From Chloroflexota bacterium (GTDB lineage Bacteria; Chloroflexota; UBA11872; VXOZ01), in the NCBI GenBank assembly GCA_963662335.2, contig CAXXVD010000004.1, positions 32,001 through 96,000 on the forward strand: a stretch of DNA of 64,000 nt, given 5' to 3'. The position numbers were made by a program, and so were the translations under genes. The stretch's first letter is position 1, and each line of letters starts with the position of its first letter. The notes beneath the pieces are model-generated. The model worked only from the letters and a program-made list of their open reading frames with translations, had not been told where the DNA came from and did no database searches. Shown here piece by piece: positions 27,757-36,194 of the stretch.

Positions 27757-28635
27757 CTAGACGCCCAGGGTTTCGCGGATGCGTTGGCGGCTCAAAGCCG
27801 CGTCCTCTTTCACGGAGCGGTGCGCCTCCATGCCGTGCCCCGGTTCGATCTCGACCACTACCCAGCCGCTGTAGTTCGTGCTCGTGAGGCTGCGCGCCAC
27901 CGCCTGCCAATCGATGACGCCGTCGCCAATGGCCTCGACCAACACGCCGTCCTGGCGGCAATCCTTGTAGTGCACGTAGCCGATGCGGGAACGGAAGGTG
28001 TCGATGAAGTCTACCGCGCCTTTCGGGCCGATGACGCGGGCGGCATTGGCAATGTCATACGCGAGACCTATGTGCGCCGGGTCGAGTTCGAGGATGCGCC
28101 GCATTTCGCGGAAATCGTCTTCCAACTCAGGCCCGTGCGTATGGTGGAAGCAGTGCGCGCCGTGATCGCCGAAGAGCGCGCAGGCTTCCTGCAGGAAACG
28201 GTTCTGGGTAGTGAGTTCCGCGTCGGTTTTTGCCGCTCCCGGCTTGGCGGCGGGACTAATGAGGACGTTGCGGCAGCCGATGGCCTGGGCAAAGGCGGCG
28301 ATTATCTCCAGATTGGGCAGCGTCTCTTTGCGGGCCGTCTCTTCCGCGTAGAAAACGCCGCCGGTGTGCAGCGCGGCCAACGCTAAGCCGTGCTGCGCCA
28401 ATAGCGCCTGCACTTCCGCCGGGTCCGGAATCGTCGTCGTATCTCTATCGCCGGCCGGCGGCGCGCCGCCAGGCCGCAGGGAGTTGAAACGGCCCCCGGC
28501 CAGAAAGTGGTAGCCGATTTCCACACCGTTAAACCCCGATTCCGCAATTTGCCGCAATACCGAATCGAGGTTCTCCGCTATGGGAAACTCGCGCAGCCAC
28601 GCATTGGCTTGCATGCCGATTGCAATCTCGGCCAT
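27757..28635 (-). CDS. Sugar phosphate isomerase/epimerase (IolE/AP endonuclease 2 TIM barrel)
   Basis: GFNGVE, FHHTH, YVHYKD, IGDGVIDW and YSGWVVVEIE motifs. Confidence 0.85.
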   Translation of the reverse strand: MAEIAIGMQANAWLREFPIAENLDSVLRQIAESGFNGVEIGYHFLAGGRFNSLRPGGAPPAGDRDTTTIPDPAEVQALLAQHGLALAALHTGGVFYAEETARKETLPNLEIIAAFAQAIGCRNVLISPAAKPGAAKTDAELTTQNRFLQEACALFGDHGAHCFHHTHGPELEDDFREMRRILELDPAHIGLAYDIANAARVIGPKGAVDFIDTFRSRIGYVHYKDCRQDGVLVEAIGDGVIDWQAVARSLTSTNYSGWVVVEIEPGHGMEAHRSVKEDAALSRQRIRETLGV

Positions 28636-28654
28636 CGGAAACCTCTCTTCTCCG

Positions 28655-28812
28655 GTAGCGCAGGTTTGTAACCTGCGGCTCAGTAAGGCCAGTTCTATTC
28701 AAGTTCCAGAGTTATGGGCGGGAAGTTTGTTCTCGCGGCAGACGCTCCCGCGTGAGACCGCCGGTAAATGCCGCTGACCCGCAGGCAGGCGGGGGACAAG
28801 CCCCCGCGCTAC
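28655..28812. repeat. Inverted REP-B / REP-A pair between divergent genes
   Basis: GTAGCGCAGGTTTGTAACCTGCG (28655-28677) and GCGGGGGACAAGCCCCCGCGCTAC (28789-28812). Confidence 0.85.
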
Positions 28813-28964
28813 AGCGGCATGGAAATGTGGCGGGCTTTTTTCGGAATCGACCGCTCCATTGAGTGTTTAACGGCTCTAGGATACCATGAACCGGAACGAG
28901 GGGCGCAGACCGCAGCGGGGAACCCGCGTCGCGCGCCATTCATCAAAACAGTTAGGAAGAGCGT

Positions 28965-30320
28965 ATGAACGTCATCCTCATCGTGTCCGACACCTTTCGC
29001 TACGACCACATTGGCGCGAACGGCAATGCGGCTATTCGCACGCCCCATCTCGACGCGTTCGCGGCGCAGTGCGTCAACTTCGACAACGCTTACGTGGGTT
29101 CCTTTCCCACCATTCCGCACCGCACGGACTTGCTCGCGGGACATTATGTCTATCAAACTCGCGGCTGGGCGCCGCTGGCCCCGGGCGAGGCGACGCTGGC
29201 GACGCTGCTGGGGCGGCAGGGGTACGTGAACCAGATGATCGTCGACCACGTGCAGTTCTTCCGCCCGGGCATGAACTTTCACGCCGGCTTCGACGGCTGG
29301 CAGGCGGTGCGCGGCCAGGCCGGCGAACCGTACATTACCGATCCGGTACCGGTCGAACTGCCGTGCGCGCCGGAGAAGATTCGCATGCCGGAAGCGGCAA
29401 TCCGCTACCTCAAGAACGTCTACTACCGCAGGCACGAGCGCGAGCACTTCGTGGCGCAGACATTCTCTCAGGCGGCGGACTGGCTGGAGCGCAACCACAC
29501 TCACGAGCGGTTCTTCCTCTATGTCGATACCTTTACGCCGCACGAGCCGTGGGACCCGCCGCAACACTACACTGACATGTACGACCCCGGCTACGTAGGG
29601 GAAAAAATCTTCTGGCCGCGCTACGACCGCTGCGACTACCTGACGGAATCGGAACTGCGGCACGCCCGCGCGCTCTACGCCGGTTCGGTCTCGCTGGTGG
29701 ACACCTGGTTCGGGCACTTCATCGAGCGGGTCAAGCATCTCGACCTGTGGGACGACACTGTGATCGTCTTCAACGCCGACCACGGCTTCTACATCGGCGA
29801 GCACGGCTACATCGGCAAACACACCGTGCTGGAACCGAAACAGGGCTGGCCAATGTACCGGGAGGTGTCCCAGGTTCCCCTGCTCGTGCACGTGCCGGGC
29901 GTGGCGCCGCGCCGCACCGACGCCCTGGTGCAAGCCATCGACGTCATGCCCACTGCGCTGGAACTGGCCGGCGCGCCCATACCGGATGGGCTGCACAGCC
30001 GGTCGCTTGTCCCGCTGCTGCACGGCGAAACCGGCACCCACCGCGACACCGTGATCAGTTCGCCGCTGCTGCCCACGGCGGACGACGCGTTGGTCTTTAG
30101 CACGGTGAACGACGGGGAATGGACGCTCATGGATCCCGGCAATCGCGGCATAGAGGAAGCCGAACTCTACAACCTGACGGCGGATCCGGGCGAGGAGCGG
30201 AACGTGATTGCCGACCACCCGGACGTTGCTCAGCGGCTGCACGCGCGCTATCTTGAGGAACTGGCGGGGCTGGGGACGGCGGAATCGCGGATTGCGCTGC
30301 GCCGCTGGTCGGGGGACTGA
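28965..30320 (+). CDS. Sulfatase-like hydrolase (alkaline phosphatase superfamily) with Thr at the nucleophile position
   Basis: NVILIVSD, TPHLD, PHEPWDPP, ADHG..IGEHG and ELYNL..DPGE..N motifs; active-site motif reads T-I-P-H-R. Confidence 0.88.
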   Translation: MNVILIVSDTFRYDHIGANGNAAIRTPHLDAFAAQCVNFDNAYVGSFPTIPHRTDLLAGHYVYQTRGWAPLAPGEATLATLLGRQGYVNQMIVDHVQFFRPGMNFHAGFDGWQAVRGQAGEPYITDPVPVELPCAPEKIRMPEAAIRYLKNVYYRRHEREHFVAQTFSQAADWLERNHTHERFFLYVDTFTPHEPWDPPQHYTDMYDPGYVGEKIFWPRYDRCDYLTESELRHARALYAGSVSLVDTWFGHFIERVKHLDLWDDTVIVFNADHGFYIGEHGYIGKHTVLEPKQGWPMYREVSQVPLLVHVPGVAPRRTDALVQAIDVMPTALELAGAPIPDGLHSRSLVPLLHGETGTHRDTVISSPLLPTADDALVFSTVNDGEWTLMDPGNRGIEEAELYNLTADPGEERNVIADHPDVAQRLHARYLEELAGLGTAESRIALRRWSGD

Positions 30321-30385
30321 TGCCGGTGCGACAAGATGAAGATGCATTCTCGGGTGCGCGGTAGTGGCGGAGGGTGACGCGCTAC

Positions 30386-30604
30386 TTTCACGGGAATGAC
30401 CGTGGTCGCGCGCTGGCCACACGAGGGAATGAAAGCGAACGCGCCTCTCCCCGTTCGTGCTGAGCTTGTCGAAGTATGAACGGGGAGAGGCGCGTTCGGA
30501 GTTGCCACTCGCTTCCTCCGCCGTTCACCCTTCGACGCCGCTCAGGGCGAACGGATTGAGTGTCGCTCAGAGCGAACGGACTGAGTGTCGCTCAGGGCGA
30601 ACGG
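30386..30604. repeat. REP-D cluster with a long hairpin and a 25-bp tandem unit
   Basis: Hairpin 30436-30498 around CCGTTCGTGCTGAGCTTGTCGAAG; CGCTCAGRGCGAACGG three times at 25-bp period; TTTCACGGGAATGAC remnant. Confidence 0.75.
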
Positions 30605-30694
30605 CTTGGTGGCGCTACGTTCATGGCGATGACGGACTAGGCCATGCTTGCCACGGGGACCTGAGATTTGTCTGAACTGCCGGGAGCGCGCGGT

Positions 30695-31981
30695 CTAGCC
30701 GGCAGGAGACAGCCGCTCCATGCCGCCCAGGTACGGGCGCAAGACTTCAGGCAGAACCACGCTGCCGTCGGCTTGTTGGTTGTTCTCCAGCACAGCGGCG
30801 TAGAGGCGGGCGGAAAAAGCCAGGCCGGAGCCGTTGAGGGTGTGGACGAATTCCGGTCGCGCCTGGGGACTGGGGCGGTAGCGCACGTTGATGCGGCGGG
30901 CCTGGAAGTCCTCGAAATTCGAGCACGAAGAGACTTCCTGCCACTTCTCGATGCCCGGGCACCAGACCTCCAGGTCGTAGCATTTGGTGGCGGCAAAGCC
31001 GAGTTCGCCGCCGCAGAGTTCCACCACCCGGTACGGCAATTCAAGCTGTTGCAGCACCGCTTCCGCGTCGGCGCGCAGCGTCTCAAGTTCGTCGTAGGAA
31101 GATTCCGGCGTGACGAACTTGACCATCTCCACCTTCTCGAACTGGTGCAAGCGCAGCAGGCCGCGGGTGTCTTTGCCCGCCGCGCCGGCTTCACGACGGA
31201 AGCAGGGCGTGTAGGCCGTGTACTTGATTGGCAGCGCGTCGGCGTCCAGGATTTCGTCGCGGTGGATGTTGGTCACCGGCACCTCGGCGGTGGGGGCCAG
31301 AAAGAGGTCGTCCGGCTCCGTGCGGTACATGTCCTCTTCGAACTTGGGCAGTTGGCCCGTGCCCGTAATCACCTCGCGGCGCACCACAAACGGCGGCCAC
31401 ACTTCCTGGTACCCGTGCCGCTGCACGTGCAGGTCCAGCATCCAACTCCCAAGAGCGCGCAACAACCGGGAGCCTTCCCCTTTGAAGAGCGCGAACTGCG
31501 CCCCGGCAATCTTCGCGCCCCGGGGAAAGTCGAGGATGTCCAGCGCCGCGCCAATGTCCCAATGGGCTTTGGGCTCAAAGGCAAACTGCGGTTGCTCGCC
31601 CCATAGCGAATGGACGACGTTTTCATCCTCGGTCATGCCAGCGGGCACGCTCTCGTGGGGCACGTTGGGGATTTCCAACACGGCCGCCGTGATGCGCTCT
31701 TCGATAGCCGCCACGTCGCTATCCAGGCTCTTGACGCGCTGGCCCACGGCGCGCATCCGCTCGCGCAGGGCGTTCAGCGCCTCCTTGTCCTTGGCCTGGC
31801 CGAAAGTCTTGGAGGTGCGGTTGCGTTCCGCTTTCAGCGTTTCGCTCTCCTGCAGCAGCGCGCGGCGTTCGCTATCCCACGCCACAAGCTGATCGACAAT
31901 GCCGGCATCCTCGCCGCGGCGGGCGAGGCCGGCTTTCACTGCCTCCGGTTGCTCACGGATGCGGCGCAAATTGAGCATCAT
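30695..31981 (-). CDS. serS: Serine--tRNA ligase
   Basis: [31 protein letters not shown] and HTLNGSGLA motifs. Confidence 0.98.
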   Translation of the reverse strand: MMLNLRRIREQPEAVKAGLARRGEDAGIVDQLVAWDSERRALLQESETLKAERNRTSKTFGQAKDKEALNALRERMRAVGQRVKSLDSDVAAIEERITAAVLEIPNVPHESVPAGMTEDENVVHSLWGEQPQFAFEPKAHWDIGAALDILDFPRGAKIAGAQFALFKGEGSRLLRALGSWMLDLHVQRHGYQEVWPPFVVRREVITGTGQLPKFEEDMYRTEPDDLFLAPTAEVPVTNIHRDEILDADALPIKYTAYTPCFRREAGAAGKDTRGLLRLHQFEKVEMVKFVTPESSYDELETLRADAEAVLQQLELPYRVVELCGGELGFAATKCYDLEVWCPGIEKWQEVSSCSNFEDFQARRINVRYRPSPQARPEFVHTLNGSGLAFSARLYAAVLENNQQADGSVVLPEVLRPYLGGMERLSPAG

Positions 31982-33402
31982 TCGGCCTCCAGGGTGCGCA
32001 CAGGCGGAAAGAGGATCACATCGCGTATCGAGGCGCTATTCGTCAAGAGCATGGCCATGCGGTCGATGCCGATGCCGATGCCCCCGGTCGGCGGCATACC
32101 GTACTCCAACGCCAGGAGAAAGTCCTCGTCGAGGGGCTGCGCCTCTTCGTCACCGGCGGCGCGTTCTTTCGCCTGTTCCTCGAAGCGCGCGCGCTGGTCC
32201 AGCGGGTCGTTCAGTTCGCTAAAAGCGTTGGCAATCTCCAGGCCGCCTACGAACGCCTCGAACCGCTCCACCAGGCGCGGGTCGTCCTCCCGCCGCTTGG
32301 CGAGCGGCGAAAGCGACACCGGGTAGTCGAGAAGAAGCGTCGGCTGCACGAGATCCGGCTCCACGCATTCCGACAGCAGTTCATCCACCAGCGTCGCCCA
32401 CGTCACGCGCTCCGGCGCGCCAATGCCGCACGCCTGCACCTGCGCCAGCAAGTCATCCGTTTCGCGATGCGCGTACACGTCGATGCCGGTGGCAGTCTCG
32501 ATGGCCTCGTGCAGCCGGATGCGCTGCCACGGCGGCGTGAAGTCCAGCACGTCATCCCCGTACGGCACGCGCGGCGAGCCATGCACGGCGACGGCAACGT
32601 CATGGTAGAGTTGCTCCAGCAGGGACATCATGTCCGTGTAGTCGGCGTACGCCTGGTAGGCTTCCAGCATCGTGAACTCAGGATTGTGGTCCCGGTCCAT
32701 GCCCTCGTTGCGAAAGGTGCGGCCGATCTCGTACACGCGCTCGAACCCGCCAATCAAGCAGCGCTTGAGATAGAGTTCGGTGGCAATCCGCAGGTAGAAG
32801 CCTTGGTCCAGCGCGTTGTGGTGGGTGACGAACGGGCGGGCAAACGCGCCGCCGTAGAGCGGCTGCAAGACCGGCGTTTCCACTTCCAGGTAGTCGCGCG
32901 CGTCGAAGAAGGCGCGCACTTCCCGCACCACCCGGCTGCGCAGCGCGAATGTGCGCCGCACGTCTTCATTCGCCGCCAGGTCCAGGTAGCGGCGGCGCAG
33001 GCGGGTTTCGGTGTCGCGCAGGCCGTGATATTTCTCCGGCGGATTCTGCAGCGCCTTGGCCAGCATGACAGTGCGGTGGACCTCGAGCGTCTGCTCGCCC
33101 GTGCGCGTGCGAAAGAGCGTGCCCTCCGCGCCTATGATGTCGCCCAGGTCATAGAGGTCTCTGACGGTCGCGTACGCCTCCTCGCCGAGGATATTGAGGC
33201 GCAGGTAGAGTTGAATGCGGCCGGAAGCGTCGCCGACGTGGGCAAAGGACGCCTTGCCCATCTTGCGGACGGTGAGGATGCGGCCGGCGAGGCGAACTGT
33301 TTCCCCCGAAGCGGCCAGTTCCTCGAAGCCGTCGAGCGCCTCTTGCGCCGTATGCGTGCGGTGGAAGCGCAGAGGATACGGCTCAATGCCCTGTGCGCGC
33401 AA
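31978..33402 (-). CDS. lysS: Lysine--tRNA ligase (class II); true start probably upstream (see findings)
   Basis: [36 protein letters not shown] and [15 protein letters not shown] motifs. Confidence 0.97.
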   Translation of the reverse strand: MRAQGIEPYPLRFHRTHTAQEALDGFEELAASGETVRLAGRILTVRKMGKASFAHVGDASGRIQLYLRLNILGEEAYATVRDLYDLGDIIGAEGTLFRTRTGEQTLEVHRTVMLAKALQNPPEKYHGLRDTETRLRRRYLDLAANEDVRRTFALRSRVVREVRAFFDARDYLEVETPVLQPLYGGAFARPFVTHHNALDQGFYLRIATELYLKRCLIGGFERVYEIGRTFRNEGMDRDHNPEFTMLEAYQAYADYTDMMSLLEQLYHDVAVAVHGSPRVPYGDDVLDFTPPWQRIRLHEAIETATGIDVYAHRETDDLLAQVQACGIGAPERVTWATLVDELLSECVEPDLVQPTLLLDYPVSLSPLAKRREDDPRLVERFEAFVGGLEIANAFSELNDPLDQRARFEEQAKERAAGDEEAQPLDEDFLLALEYGMPPTGGIGIGIDRMAMLLTNSASIRDVILFPPVRTLEAE

Positions 33403-33485
33403 GGCTTCGAGCTTGCGGAGGCGAAAGTCTTCCGGCGCATGGCGTGAGTGGTCTGCGTCTTTGACGAAGTCAGACGATTCCGTGG

Positions 33486-33950
33486 CTACTTCACCTCTTG
33501 TATCGTGTACGTCAACGTGCCGGCCGGCACCTGGACGGTTACCTCTTCGCCGATGCGGTGGCCCATCAGCGCGTGACCCACCGGGCTTTCATTGGAGATG
33601 CGATTTTCCAGGGGATCGGCCTCCGGCGCGCCGACGATGGTAAACGTCTCGCGGTTGCCGTCTGCATCCGTCACCACGACCGTTGCCCCGAGGTCTACCT
33701 CGGCGCTGGCGTGGTGTTCGGAGACTACCGCATCCCTGAGGACGTGCTCGATTTCGAGAATGCGGCCCTCGACGAAGGCCTGTTCCTGCTTCGCCTCGTT
33801 GTACTCGCCCATGTCGGAGAGATCCCCGCCGAATTCCATGGCCTCATGGATCCGCTTCACGATTTCAGGTCGCCGTACGGCCTTGAGTTCCTCCAGTTCA
33901 TGGAGAAGATTGTCTCTGCCTTGCGGCGTCAGCATATGCTGCTCCGCCAT
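33486..33950 (-). CDS. greA: Transcription elongation factor GreA
   Basis: LTPQG, GDLS..EY.EAK.EQ, IVG..EAD and ISNESPVGHALMG motifs; GAGGAGG RBS. Confidence 0.93.
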   Translation of the reverse strand: MAEQHMLTPQGRDNLLHELEELKAVRRPEIVKRIHEAMEFGGDLSDMGEYNEAKQEQAFVEGRILEIEHVLRDAVVSEHHASAEVDLGATVVVTDADGNRETFTIVGAPEADPLENRISNESPVGHALMGHRIGEEVTVQVPAGTLTYTIQEVK

Positions 33951-34132
33951 GCCCGCACCCTCCTCAAAAAAGAATATGACGGAAAAGAGGCCTGCGCCGG
34001 TCACTCTTTTCCAGTCATCCGTATCGTATCAGGTTGTAACGTCTGCGGTCAATGGCGCGGACGAATTGCCGCGCCGCTGCTGCGAGGCCGGCCTATCGCG
34101 CGCAGCCGCCTGGCCGGGCCTGCAACTGACGG

Positions 34133-34205
34133 CGCCCCCAGCGGGAATCGAACCCGCGTTACAGGCTTGAAAGGCCTGCGTCCTGGGCCACTAGACGATG
34201 GGGGC
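34133..34205 (-). tRNA. tRNA-Glu (TTC); CCA not fully encoded
   Basis: Reverse complement GCCCCCATCGTCTAGTGGCCCAGGACG-CAGGC-CTTTCAA-GCCTG-TAACGCGGGTTCGATTCCCGCTGGGGGCG, followed by CCG. Confidence 0.96.
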
Positions 34206-34229
34206 GAGTCGCACACAGTTCACTTTTCC

Positions 34230-34258
34230 AGTATACCGTAGAATGACGATTCTGCGAA
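34230..34258 (-). promoter_or_regulatory. Sigma70-type promoter of tRNA-Glu (possibly extends to greA-lysS-serS)
   Basis: TTCGCA, 17 bp spacer, TATACT on the minus strand. Confidence 0.55.
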
Positions 34259-34357
34259 ATCTTACCGCCGCCCGGCAAAGCCTGCTAACGGACAACGCTG
34301 CTCGCCCGCCTCCCTTCACACGCTGCGCAGGCACGGCATGCCCGCCCTCAATAGGAT

Positions 34358-34386
34358 TTGACAGAAAAACGAAGGGGGTGTACGAT
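34358..34386 (+). promoter_or_regulatory. Sigma70-type promoter of SBP copy 1
   Basis: TTGACA, 17 bp spacer, TACGAT; homologous sequence lies upstream of SBP copy 2. Confidence 0.65.
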
Positions 34387-34425
34387 TTCGGCAGTATCGA
34401 CCTGGAGCGATGCAAGGAGCGCATG

Positions 34426-35817
34426 ATGGAACGTGCACAGCGATTCTCCCGGCGGTCTATTCTGGGTGGGATGGCAAGCCTTGGCTTGGGCAGCGCGGCG
34501 CTGGCCGCCTGCGGCCAAGTGGCCACCGCCCCCGCGGACGCGCCCGCGGCGGAAGAGCCGGAACCGGAACCGACGGCGGCGCCCGAGGCCATGGAGCCGA
34601 CGGTCATCAAGTACATGCACTACACCACACAGCAGCAGGTGTGGGATGACACGTACGGCGGCGTCATCAGCCGCTATGAAGAGCGCAACCCGGACGTTAA
34701 GGTGGAGCTTGACCTCGTTTCGGGCGGGCTGACGAACTTGTCGGAAAAGGCGGTATCGACGCACGCGGCAGGAATAACGTACGACATGTACTATGGCTGG
34801 TTCGGCTATATCAGCCAGTTCGCCACTGCCGAGATCATCCAGCCGCTCGATGCTCTCGTCGCGAAGGATGCCGCGTTCGATCTCTCCGAGTACTACGACT
34901 TTGCCTTGGAGAAGATCAACGGCAGGCTGTACGGCATCGCCTGGTTCATGGGCGCACGCACTATCTGGTACAACGCCGACCTCATGACGAACGCAGGTGT
35001 CGATTCGCCGAGCAAGTTGGATGCCGAAGGGAAGTTCACCTGGGACGCGCTGGCGGAGCTTTCTACAAAACTGACCACCCACGAGGGCGCTAATGTTTCC
35101 CAGTGGGGTCTATACTTTGGCGGCAATCGCCCCGACCGCATTCTCATTGCGCTCAAGTCGTGGGGAGCGGACTGGTGGAATGAGGACTTCAGCGGCGCGG
35201 CCGTTAATTCGGCAGCCGCCGCGGACGCAGTGCAAGCTGTGCTTGATCTTGTCGTGAAGCATCAGGTACACCCTCCGCAAAATCGCAAAGAGACCGACGT
35301 GGCGCCTTCCTTTAACGAGCAGAAACTCGCCATGGTCCTCAACGGCCCCTGGTACACGCGGTCGATCAACCAACAGATCTACGAGGGAGAAACGCCGTTT
35401 AATGTCGAGCTGGCTTCAGTGCCAGTCGGCCCGGGCGGACGCGGGACACCTATGCTCCTCAACGCATTCTGGATCGCGAGCACCTCGCCTGACCCCGATA
35501 CAACCTGGGACTTCTACAAGTATCTGATTAGCGAGGAGGTGCAACCGGACTGGGCGAACTTGGGCGGCGGCCGCTTCCCGGCCAACCGTACGTACGCGCC
35601 GGTGGTGCAGTATCCCTTCGAGAGCATAGAGACGTATCAAGCAATAGCTGAGGTCGGGATCCCCTTACGTCAGGTTGTCAAGCAGTCTGACGTCAACGGC
35701 GCGTGGGGCGAACTCTGGGGCCAGATGGAAGAAGGGCAGAAGACCGTGGCGGAGTCTTTGGCCGAAATTCACCAAGTGGCCGACAACGCGCTGAAAGAGG
35801 GTGGCTGCATCTGCTAG
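34426..35817 (+). CDS. Extracellular solute-binding lipoprotein, Tat signal, C-terminal GGCIC (copy 1)
   Basis: FSRRSIL and LAAC lipobox; YEERNPDVKV, IIQPLD, GRLYGI and WYNADL motifs; AAGGAG RBS. Confidence 0.88.
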   Translation: MERAQRFSRRSILGGMASLGLGSAALAACGQVATAPADAPAAEEPEPEPTAAPEAMEPTVIKYMHYTTQQQVWDDTYGGVISRYEERNPDVKVELDLVSGGLTNLSEKAVSTHAAGITYDMYYGWFGYISQFATAEIIQPLDALVAKDAAFDLSEYYDFALEKINGRLYGIAWFMGARTIWYNADLMTNAGVDSPSKLDAEGKFTWDALAELSTKLTTHEGANVSQWGLYFGGNRPDRILIALKSWGADWWNEDFSGAAVNSAAAADAVQAVLDLVVKHQVHPPQNRKETDVAPSFNEQKLAMVLNGPWYTRSINQQIYEGETPFNVELASVPVGPGGRGTPMLLNAFWIASTSPDPDTTWDFYKYLISEEVQPDWANLGGGRFPANRTYAPVVQYPFESIETYQAIAEVGIPLRQVVKQSDVNGAWGELWGQMEEGQKTVAESLAEIHQVADNALKEGGCIC

Positions 35818-36073
35818 GGCAGCGGAGAGCTAATCCCGCCTGTTACACTTTTTGGAAGTGCAGGGTGAACGGAGGAGAGGGCGCAATCCGTTTGCCCTAC
35901 GCCAACCTCGGTTCGCATGACGAGCCACGCTCCGGCAAAGCGATAGAGCACGAGGTGGCTTGTTCGATGTAGCCGGGCAGGCCGCTGTCCGTGATCCCAT
36001 CGGAGAGACTGCGTTAGTCAAGGATGGGGCGGGGCCCAAGCAAACTGCCTTGCGGTCGGAACAGGCGTCCGAA

Positions 36074-36155
36074 ATAATGTGCAACATTATGCGGCCACTG
36101 CCAGCATTTCCGCAGGTCTTAGTTTGACGGCACAAGAAGGGGGGGGGGGTAAAAT
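36074..36155 (+). promoter_or_regulatory. Operator-like palindrome and promoter with a G11 tract in the spacer
   Basis: ATAATGT-GCA-ACATTAT (36074-36090); TTGACG, 20 bp spacer containing G11 (36139-36149), TAAAAT. Confidence 0.6.
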
Positions 36156-36194
36156 TCAGCCAGTTTCGCCGCGAATAATGGCAAGGAGAGCATT

